Shown in pieces: positions 52,101 through 64,000 of a stretch of DNA of 64,000 nucleotides. Under the pieces are notes generated by a model that was given only the letters and a program-made list of their open reading frames with translations, was not told the DNA's origin and did no database searches. The stretch is taken from contig CAVZVA010000008.1 of assembly GCA_963778655.1 (NCBI GenBank), positions 144,939 through 208,938 of the forward strand, written 5' to 3'. Position 1 is the stretch's first letter; every line of letters begins with the position of its first letter. The position numbers and the translations under genes were made by a program. The stretch comes from an uncultured delta proteobacterium (lineage in GTDB: Bacteria; Myxococcota_A; Polyangia; Polyangiales; JAFGIB01).

Positions 52101-54295
52101 CACGCGGCCTCTTTCTGCGGTTGGGGCGCGGGAGCGTCGGCCTCGGGTACGCGGCGAGCAGAGCCGCCGATCGAGAACCCAGTGAGCTCGCCCGTCTTCA
52201 CCTGCTCCCAGAGCGCGTCGGACAGAATGCGGACCGCGAGAAGCCAGGTGCCCTTGCGGACCGTAGCCTCGCCGGCGGTGAAGTCGACGGGAGCCACGTA
52301 GCTCTCCAAGACCTTCACCTGGCCGTTGACGCGCATGCGGTGCATGAGGCCGAGACCGCCGAACTCCTCCATGAAGCGGTGAGCGGCCTGGCGGATCTCG
52401 TCGGGCGAGTAGATGTCGCCCTGGGCGTCGATGACCTCGGGCTCGAGCACGATGCCGAGCACGAATCGCTCGTCGCCCGGGTCCAGCCCCTTGATGAGCG
52501 GGATCGACTTGGCGAATGGTGCGGCATCCGCAGCCGCCCTCACTTCGGTTGACGCGACGAGGTTCGGCGCCGCTTTAGCACTCGGGGTGTCAGCGAGGTC
52601 GAGCTGTCCGTCCCACAGCTCCATGGCTGCGCCCTTGTCCACGAGGTCGTAGTTGGCGACCACGAGCTGGGTCAGGACCGACGAGCCGCCGACGCCCCGC
52701 ATGGAGCCGATGCTCCGGGGCGTGCGGATGCGCTTGATGGTGAAGCCGGCTTGCTTGAGCAGGCCCGGGAGCTTCCCGCGCACGCCGTAGGTCAGGAGGA
52801 AGTTGCCCTTGAGCGACTTGAGCAGCGCGAAGAAGCGCTCCTCGTCGAAGTCGCTCTCGCCGACGTCGACGTTGTAGCCGGCGTAGGGCGGGTCGAAGAA
52901 GAAGACGGTGTCCTTGGCGTCGTACTTCCTGACCAGCTTCTCGTAGTCGCCGCCGTAGATGCGGACGTTCTTGAGCCGCGGCGCGAAGGCCTCGATGCGA
53001 TCGAAGGTGCGCGCCTCGACGCCGGCGCTGCCCGGATTGAAGCTGCGACCACGCAACTTCCCGTACGAGAAGTGGGTGAGATAGAGGAATCGGTACAGCT
53101 TCTGGACGTCGTCGCTCGGCGACTCGTCGATCAGCCGCTTGAACGTCGCCTTGTCGCCAGTCCAGCTCATCCGCCGCAGCCGGTCGAGCTGTCCGCGATT
53201 CAGCCGCTTGATGGCGCGATAGGCATCGGCGATCTCGAGGTCGGCATCACCGATGGCCTCGACTTCGACGGGCTCCTTCGCGAAGAGCACCGCCGCGCTG
53301 CCGGCGAAGGGCTCGACGTAGGTCTTGTGGGTAGGCAAGAGCGCGGCGAGGCGGTCGGCCAAGCGTTTCTTGCCGGCGGGCGAGCCCCAGATGGTCTTGG
53401 AGACCGCGACCTGAAAGCGACGGACCTTCTCGGGGTCGTAGTTGCTGGCGACCAGCGTGATGCCCGGCCGCAGCCCGACACCCTGCTTGGTGCCGACCCC
53501 GGAGGCATGGCGCCAGCGGCGTACGTGAAAGCCTTTGAACAGCTCTTTGTCGCCGCGCAATCCGTAGGTGCACAGGAACGTGCCGCGAATCTTCCGCAGC
53601 ACCTCCGCGAACCGAGCCTCGTCCCACTCCTTATGACCCGAGCCCGAGCGAACGTCGGCGTCGTAGCCGGCATAGGGCGGGTCGAGAAAGAAGAACGCGT
53701 CCGGGCCGTCGAACTCGTCGATGACCTGCTCGTAGTCGGCGTTCCGTACCCGGACCTTGCGCAGGCGCGGAGCGTGGCGCTCGAGCTTGTCGACGAAGCG
53801 CGCCTGCACGCCGACGTTCTTGTCGGGCATCGTGCCGCGCCGGAGCTTGTTGAACGAGAACCGAGACAGGTAGGCGAAGCGGTAGAAGCGGTCGACGTCA
53901 TCCTTGGGCACCGGCGATTGTTCGAGCCGCTTGAAGTGCTCCTTGTCACCGACCCACTTCTTGCGCCGCAGCCGATCGAGCTGGTCGTCGGTGATCGACT
54001 TGGTGAACTTGAAGGCGAAGGCGATCTCCGGATCGAGATCGGCGACCACCTCCACCTCGGAGGGGTCCTTGGTGAACAGGATCTTCCCGCCACCGGCGAA
54101 GGGTTCGACGTAGACGCGGTGCTCGGGGATCTCGGCGACGATGCGCTGCGCCAGGTGGGTCTTGCCCATCGGCGAGCCCCAGATGTTCTTCTGGAGGACG
54201 TCCGCCCCGAACATGGCCAGCGCTTCGTGGGCGCTGGCGAGGGCCCCCGCGAGGGTCTTCTGACCCTCCGCGTGATGAGAGCCGAGCTCAGCCAC
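52100..54295 (-). CDS. Tandem Dam-type N6-adenine methyltransferases fused to an XkdF-like prohead serine protease
   Basis: Two YVEPFAG and two DPPY motifs; C-terminal VLEP--IDAQGD---DEI--AAHRFM...H...VLESY...KGTW...TGFSIGG. Confidence 0.88.
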   Translation of the reverse strand: MAELGSHHAEGQKTLAGALASAHEALAMFGADVLQKNIWGSPMGKTHLAQRIVAEIPEHRVYVEPFAGGGKILFTKDPSEVEVVADLDPEIAFAFKFTKSITDDQLDRLRRKKWVGDKEHFKRLEQSPVPKDDVDRFYRFAYLSRFSFNKLRRGTMPDKNVGVQARFVDKLERHAPRLRKVRVRNADYEQVIDEFDGPDAFFFLDPPYAGYDADVRSGSGHKEWDEARFAEVLRKIRGTFLCTYGLRGDKELFKGFHVRRWRHASGVGTKQGVGLRPGITLVASNYDPEKVRRFQVAVSKTIWGSPAGKKRLADRLAALLPTHKTYVEPFAGSAAVLFAKEPVEVEAIGDADLEIADAYRAIKRLNRGQLDRLRRMSWTGDKATFKRLIDESPSDDVQKLYRFLYLTHFSYGKLRGRSFNPGSAGVEARTFDRIEAFAPRLKNVRIYGGDYEKLVRKYDAKDTVFFFDPPYAGYNVDVGESDFDEERFFALLKSLKGNFLLTYGVRGKLPGLLKQAGFTIKRIRTPRSIGSMRGVGGSSVLTQLVVANYDLVDKGAAMELWDGQLDLADTPSAKAAPNLVASTEVRAAADAAPFAKSIPLIKGLDPGDERFVLGIVLEPEVIDAQGDIYSPDEIRQAAHRFMEEFGGLGLMHRMRVNGQVKVLESYVAPVDFTAGEATVRKGTWLLAVRILSDALWEQVKTGELTGFSIGGSARRVPEADAPAPQPQKEAA

Positions 54296-54569
54296 CTCGG
54301 AGGTCCTCCGGGTCGGTGCCCCAGTTCTTGTCCGCGGTCTGACCGTTCAGGTCGCGCGGCCACGGTTCCTGGGTGCCGGTCTGGCTGCTGTCGGCAAGCT
54401 CGGTGAGCACGCGAGTGAGCTGCTCGACCTCACCTTGAAGCTCGGCGACGGCCTCTGGCGTCGGCTGCTCGCGCAGACGCTTCTCGAGCGCAACGACCCG
54501 CTCGCGGATCGCTTTCAGCTCTACCGCGGCGTCTGCCGCTCGCTCTGTCGATGCACGTTCCCTGGCCAA
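54288..54569 (-). CDS. Small coiled-coil protein with WPRDLN motif
   Basis: TTG start after GGAGG and promoter copy 4; overlaps the next start. Confidence 0.6.
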   Translation of the reverse strand: MARERASTERAADAAVELKAIRERVVALEKRLREQPTPEAVAELQGEVEQLTRVLTELADSSQTGTQEPWPRDLNGQTADKNWGTDPEDLRGG

Positions 54570-54586
54570 GGCTGGACCTCCGAAGG

Positions 54587-54617
54587 GGCAAAGCCAGGGA
54601 CCTGCGTTTTGGGGACA
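54587..54617 (-). promoter_or_regulatory. Phage bipartite promoter motif, copy 4 (head operon)
   Basis: TGTCCCC-N16-GCTTTGCC. Confidence 0.7.
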
Positions 54618-54618
54618 A

Positions 54619-55703
54619 CTACCGTACGTCGGCGAGCGTCGTCGTGCGGCAGAGGCCGTGGTACGGCGGGAAGCTGATCCCGAGATCGAGCAGCTGCTGC
54701 TCGGTCAGCGAGCGCCCGAACTCGCCGCGATCGTCGCGGACGCCAAAGCCCGAGCGGGTCACCTCCGTGATGGCTGTTCGCTGCCCGCCGGTCTCCGCGA
54801 ACAGCACCTTGCGGCCGGTGTCCGGATCGACGCCCTCGCGGACCCAGGGCGCGAGGTCGGGCACCGCCTCCGGTCGGCCTCGAGCCGCTCGAAGGTTTGC
54901 AGACCCGAGCCGACGCGTGAAGGTCTTGCCGTGCAGGAAGCGGCAGACCTCCGTCGTGCGCTCGTCGAGCACGGCCTCGATCAGGTAGCGGTCGATGCCG
55001 GCCTCGGCGTAGGCCGAGAGCTGCGCGAACGAGCGTCCCTGGGAAACGAAGGAGCCCGCGACCACCTCCCAGTAGAACTGGCCACGCCCGGTGAGGATGC
55101 CCTCGGCCGCCGCCTGCAGGTCCGCGGCGATGTCGTCGCGGCCGAGGCCGCTCTCGAGTCCGTCCGCCACGATGGTGCGAGCCCGCTCTCCGAAGGCGGC
55201 ATTGCGGCGACCGTACTCGTCGCGGACGTAGGTGGTCTGACTCGTGCGCAGGTGCTCGACGATGCGCCGGTCGAGGGCGTTGAAGTCGGCGGCGATGCCG
55301 AGACGCTGGCCGCGGCGCGCAGCAGTGCGGGTGGCATCCACGACCTCGGTCGGCGGCCGGTCCGAAGACGGTCTCCACCGTTCGGGGCACGCGCTGCCGT
55401 GGCTCGCCCGGCAGCCTGCATCGCCTGGGCGATGAGGGTTCGGCGCGCTGGCTGCGCGGTCGTAGAGCGCCAGTCCAGGTCGAGGACCGTGATGGCACTT
55501 CGAACCGCGTCGGCATCGGAGGCCGCGGTCCGCGAGCGCAGAGCTGCGGCCAACTCGGCCACCGCCCGATCGAAGCCGCGAGACGTCCCGAGGTTCATCG
55601 CCTTGGCGACGGGCACGTGAAGGTAGCGACCGAGGATCAGGTCGGAGGCGTGCCGGGCTGCGACCACCAGCTCGTGGTCAACGATAGCGGACGTCTCGCA
55701 CAT
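54619..55703 (-). CDS. Head morphogenesis protein (MuF/SPP1 gp7-like), indels
   Basis: AVLDERTTEVCRFLHGK...PPYHGLCRT. Confidence 0.8.
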
Positions 55704-55979
55704 GTTCGTCCTCGATGAGCTCGAAGCTCGCCCGCCGATGACCCGATGCGGACCTTGCAGAAGAGGCACCGCACCGGTCGCGAGAAGCGTAACCTCGGTG
55801 CGGTCGTCGCTCTCGGTGATGGTGAAGCCCTCGCGCCGGTGCAGCGCCACCGTCACGTAGCCGCAGCGCGGGCAGCAGACGTGATAGCCGACGAGCCGCC
55901 GCGCGGGTTCTGCGGACACGCGTCGGGCCTGGCCGCGCTCGAGCTCGCACGGACGGCGACTGGTGACCTGGAGCCTCAC
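55678..55979 (-). CDS. Hypothetical Zn-ribbon protein (indels)
   Basis: CCPRC and CLFC pieces in different frames. Confidence 0.45.
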
Positions 55980-56230
55980 GACCGGGCCTCCGATCACCAA
56001 CGGCCCGCGTGCTCGGGCACGAACCTCGATGCCGCTCTCGACCGGCGACATGACGATGTCGTGGCGACGGGAACAGGTGTCGCAGACCGCGAACACCAAC
56101 ACGCCGTTTCGCCAGAGGGTCACCGTCTCATCGAGCCCGTGAACGCCTCGGCACATGCGGCAGGCGATCACCCCGCGGGCAGCGTCGAGCTGGGCCTGCT
56201 TGAGCCAGGCCCGCTGCATGGGGTCGTCGT

Positions 56231-56234
<4 letters not shown>
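55976..56234 (-). CDS. Hypothetical Zn-ribbon protein
   Basis: CRMC...CDTC; coupled to the portal stop; 3' end uncertain. Confidence 0.5.
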
Positions 56235-58041
<1,807 letters not shown>

Positions 58042-58045
<4 letters not shown>

Positions 58046-58251
58046 GCGGGCTCCTCGGCGTAGGCCACGAGGTTCTTGGGGCCGAACGACACCGAGCGCA
58101 GCACGAGGCCCCGCTCGGCGATCGCTGCCCGGACCGCATCACGCAGACCATCTGTCGTTGGCGCATCCACCGAGAACGTCTCGGCAGGCCTCGGCGGCCC
58201 GGCGGGGGCTCGGTCTTTGGCGATGATGAACAGCCTGACGGGGCGCTGCAT
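58042..58251 (-). CDS. Hypothetical protein (69 aa)
   Basis: GGAGG RBS; ATGA overlap with the portal gene. Confidence 0.65.
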
Positions 58252-58353
58252 GGGTGTCCTCCGGCGAAAGCGGAGGGTCGGCGTGCGACTCGCCGTATCG
58301 GAGACCTTCTGCACCGGAGGACCTTGGCGAGCCGCACGCGTCGCCTCCGAACG

Positions 58354-58384
58354 AGCAAAGCGGACTGGCTGCGCCGTGGGGACG
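58354..58384 (-). promoter_or_regulatory. Phage bipartite promoter motif, copy 5 (portal operon)
   Basis: CGTCCCC-N16-GCTTTGCT. Confidence 0.65.
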
Positions 58385-58396
58385 ACTGCGTCACGC

Positions 58397-58645
58397 CTAC
58401 CAGCGCCACCGAAGACCACCGAGCGCGCCATAGTCGGGCTGCCATCGACCGAACGGGTCCTTCGCGACGCCGCCCCAGCCCTGGGCGAAGGCCGACAGCC
58501 CACCTGTGATGCGATGGGCATAGTCGAGCCCACCGCCGGCGGCGTCCGGCTTCACGTAGCCGAAGAGGTCGAGGTGTCCGTGGCCCGGTTGGTACGCGCC
58601 AGCCCGATCGAGTCCACGGCTCAGGCTGGCGTCGATGCCAAAGGG
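58397..58645 (-). CDS. -1 frameshift extension of the holin-like gene: YadA-anchor-like beta domain
   Basis: Start-less open frame from C_CCT_TTG to TAG 58397, ending DYGALGGLRWRW. Confidence 0.7.
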   Translation of the reverse strand, partial: PFGIDASLSRGLDRAGAYQPGHGHLDLFGYVKPDAAGGGLDYAHRITGGLSAFAQGWGGVAKDPFGRWQPDYGALGGLRWRW

Positions 58646-58657
58646 CGAGCGACCTCC
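58578..58657 (-). other. Programmed -1 ribosomal frameshift signal
   Basis: GGAGG, 7 nt, CCCTTTG, 7 nt, 11-bp stem, plus 6-bp loop pairing (H-type pseudoknot). Confidence 0.75.
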
Positions 58658-59097
58658 GCGGTCGGGACAGCGGCGGTCGTTGAGATCGCGCGCTCGGTCA
58701 GCCGCAGGTCGTGCACGGCCGCCTCGACCTTCGAGCCGAGGAAGCTGTCGATCGCACCGCCCGAGAGACCGAGCACCTCCGCGAGCACCCGGATCCCCTT
58801 GGTCCCGAGGTAGCTCTTCACGTTGGCGATCGCGGCATCCTTGATGCGGCGCTTCTCGGCCTCGCTGATCTTGCCATCGGCGCTCGCCGCCTTGATCTCG
58901 GCGACGACCGACTGCTGGAGATCCTTGACCGCGGTGACCACCGCATCATCGAGACGCACCAGCGCCCCGCGCAGATACTCGTTGTCCACCTTGCTGCGAA
59001 TGAAGCTCGCCAGCTTGGCAGCCGCCCAGGTCAGCGCAGCGACCAGCACGGGCGAAACCACCTGCAGGGCCGTGAGCGCAACATCAGTGAAGTCCAT
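58621..59097 (-). CDS. Holin-like protein (LL-H family-like), 158 aa
   Basis: Single N-terminal TM; AV-TAV--LQQ...EK---K--A---V...ID-----VEAAV pattern; GGAGG RBS. Confidence 0.6.
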   Translation of the reverse strand: MDFTDVALTALQVVSPVLVAALTWAAAKLASFIRSKVDNEYLRGALVRLDDAVVTAVKDLQQSVVAEIKAASADGKISEAEKRRIKDAAIANVKSYLGTKGIRVLAEVLGLSGGAIDSFLGSKVEAAVHDLRLTERAISTTAAVPTAEVARPLASTPA

Positions 59098-59136
59098 CGC
59101 ATGCCTCCCAGGCGGCACACGCTGCACGCCCAGGTG

Positions 59137-59167
59137 GGCAAAGCGCGGGACGGGCTCCGCGGGGACA
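59137..59167 (-). promoter_or_regulatory. Phage bipartite promoter motif, copy 6 (holin-like gene)
   Basis: TGTCCCC-N16-GCTTTGCC. Confidence 0.7.
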
Positions 59168-59365
59168 ATGCCGCTCGGCCCAGGACCGACCACGGAGCGC
59201 AGTTGTTGTCCGGAAAGGCAATGTTGTCCGAGTCGTGCAACAGGCCGATTTTGGACAACAGAGGCGAGTGAGACTGGGCGGCGGAAAGTGTCGCCACATG
59301 CAGGCGACGTGGCCACACTTTCCTCCGCGGTCCTCGACGCCCTGGGTCGCTCCCAGCGCGTCCGC

Positions 59366-60802
<1,437 letters not shown>

Positions 60803-60896
60803 GACGCCCCCCGGGACGAACCGCCGCTTCCCTTGCCTTTGCGGCGAAAGGACGCCTGCATGGGATGAGCACCGAAGCTCGGAAGGAGCAGCACCC

Positions 60897-61513
<617 letters not shown>

Positions 61514-61935
61514 CCGGCGTCGGACCCACTTGCAGAACGAAACTGACCGCGCGCCGTCGAAGCTGACGCCTGAAACTGAGCGGTCACTTTCCACGGCGCG
61601 CCCCTGTCCACTTTCCCAGAACAGCCGCTGTCGGAAACGGCCCCGGGAACCCTTGGGCTGCGGGGTCGGTGCTCCGAAAGTCGGACCGGCCCCCCCGGGG
61701 TGGGCGCTTGCCTCCATCGGGGTGATCGCCGGCTCGGCCACGGGCGACGCAGCGAGGAAAGCGGCGGTTGAGCTCGGCGACGCAGGCCCGCGGCGGGCCG
61801 CCGTAACTCCCCGAGAACGCGAACGGCCACGGAGCCGCGAACCGCCGCTTTCTGCACGTCTCGGCGGTGTGCCGTGCCGACGATGTTCGGCGAGGAACTG
61901 CACGCGGTCTGATTCGGTCAGCGGTGCTGTCCAAA

Positions 61936-62811
61936 TCAGCGGGGATGTCGCCGGGCGGCGCTGCACGGCCTCACTCCTCGTCCTCGTCGTCGGCCTCGGG
62001 CGTCGCAACCGGCGACGACACGGCCCGCAGGGGCGCGACGTGGGCCCGGTGTTCGGCGCGTTCGGCGGGCTGGGCGCTGGGATCGGGGTCGGCGTCGCTT
62101 CGCGCCACGTGGGGCGACCGGCACGGTCGCGGATGCTTCCGCGAACTGACCGGACAGTTCCTCGGGATCGCCGTCAGACGCGGGCGGCGGGGGATTTGTG
62201 AGCGATTCTTGGTGACCAGCCGGGAGCAGAGAACCGACCGCGGTCACTTCATCGATGGGCGGCGGGCTGCTCGCTTCGAGGGTCTTCATCATGCGGCGAT
62301 GCCGAGCCTGGATGTCCTCGAGCGAGAGGATGGCGTTGACCTCCTGCCGCGAGTCGGCGCCGCCCTGAACGAACTCCTTGAGCCGCACCATGGTGTTGAA
62401 GTCGCCCGGGTTGTCGAATCGCACGCGTCCCTCGGACAGCGCCTTCTCGAAGCCGGCGAGGTAGCCGTCGATGATGCGCAGCTCGTCGTCCTTGGACATC
62501 GCGAGCGCCGTCGCGCGCAGCTCGACCAGCTTCTGGTCGGTCTTCTCCTCGATGCGGGCCTGGGCCACCTCCCGGCGACGCATGCAGTTGTGCTTCTTGG
62601 CGTAGTCGGCGATCAGGCTGTGGGAGACGGTGTAGCGACGACCGAGGTCGCGGTACGACGGGTAGACGACGGTGGTGTTCTTGCCGTCGTCGCAGGGAAC
62701 CACCTCGCCGAAGACGAGGATGCGGTCGATCTCCTCGTAGGGCAGCCGCGGGCCTTCACCCTTGCGCGGGCGACCAATGCGGGTTGCCGCTGTTGTCGGA
62801 GTCGCTGTTGC

Positions 62812-62815
<4 letters not shown>
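61936..62815 (-). CDS. HTH protein, candidate terminase small subunit (indels)
   Basis: [24 protein letters not shown], then a coiled coil; position upstream of the terminase. Confidence 0.5.
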
Positions 62816-63150
<335 letters not shown>

Positions 63151-63154
<4 letters not shown>

Positions 63155-64000
63155 ACGGTCTCCGCATCCACGAATCGAACGGGCAAGCCACCAGCCTCAG
63201 CGCGTTCGATCTCGAGCCGCATACCGGCTGTGATCGCCTGGCCGTAGACGCGCACCTCGTCGCTGGTGTCGAGCAGCTCCAGGCACAGGGCGAGAGCACG
63301 CTCACGGTCGGTCGCCTCGTCCAGAAACTGCGGCAGGTAGAGCTGCGGCGCGACGGGCAAGTGACCGCTGTCGGACAGCGCCCTGCAGATGGCCGTCACC
63401 CGCTCGACGTTCTCGGCGGGCGCGTTGCGGTAGGGATGGCAGACGTAGATCCGACGCGTGCGAAAGCCTGGCACCGTTCGCTTCCGGTCGAGGCGCACGA
63501 GCTCGGCCGCGCAGTAGTGAAGCGCATCGAGCACCTCGGCGAGGGCTTCGCGGAGATACTGCCGGCCATCGTCGGCGTTCCACGGACCGTACTCGCGTGC
63601 GCCCCGCATCCATGCGGCGCAGCAGCCTGCGGAAGATCGCTCGCTCGTCGCAAGCGAAGGCCAACAGCTGGACGTGGTCCTCCATCACCGGAAGCAGTCG
63701 TTTGGCCACCTCCAGGCTCGCCCGTGCATCATCGAGAGCCCAGTGCTCTTCGCCGCGGTCGATGCCGAGGTGCTTGCACACGGGGGTGAGCGACACCGAG
63801 TCGATCGCCCCGGATGAGACCAGCGGCCAGGCCAGCGTTGCGGTGTCGAGCAAATGGTGGTCGAGGTCACTCGGGCGATGGCCGACCCGCGTCCAGGCTG
63901 CCTCAAGGAAACCGCGATCGAAGGCCACGTTGTGGCCCGCGAGGGCCGCACCTTCGAGAACCGGTGCGAGCTGAGTCATCGCCTCGCCGAGCGAGACAGC
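63151..64000 (-). CDS. DEDDh 3'-5' exonuclease, apparently fused to a helical domain and an NDT/DUF4406-like domain (5' partial, indel near 63610)
   Basis: [24 protein letters not shown]...E-LDA--Y; IYVCHPY...PVAP...L-LL---DEV-VYG--I-GM--EI. Confidence 0.7.

Noticed and set aside
52100..54295. Restriction-modification system
   Set aside because: No adjacent endonuclease or specificity gene; the ORF is embedded in the head operon

Overview
High-GC Gram-negative bacterial DNA, probably Myxococcota-like (inferred from gene content and composition only). It has three blocks. (1) 1-11.5 kb: host housekeeping genes (lepB, miaE, tsaB, yajQ, glgA-like, purE, PPIase) ending in tRNA-Asn(GTT). (2) ~11.5-25.75 kb: a potassium island with visibly lower GC. 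It holds kdpFABC, a stand-alone KdpD sensor, a HAMP histidine kinase, a sigma-54 activator in place of KdpE, a porin, a CBS protein and a TrkA-like protein, with four -24/-12 promoters. (3) 25.76-64 kb, continuing beyond the window: a contractile-tailed prophage on the minus strand (terminase, portal, MuF, head, neck, sheath/tube, tape measure, baseplate, fibre, lysis). Best finds: (a) a holin-like gene with a complete -1 programmed-frameshift signal (SD + C_CCT_TTG + 7 nt + pseudoknot) that opens a hidden 80-aa outer-membrane beta-anchor ending GLRWRW, a candidate new envelope-spanning lysis protein; the tail-chaperone gene uses the same signal layout; (b) a prohead protease fused to two tandem Dam-type methyltransferases bounded by putative Lys cleavage sites, with the last strand of the protease fold on the next gene; (c) six exactly spaced copies of a phage promoter motif, YGTCCCC-N16-GCTTTGC. 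Many island and prophage genes carry single-base indels that look like assembly errors, so their coordinates are reconstructed by eye. All family assignments come from motif recognition; no database search was run.
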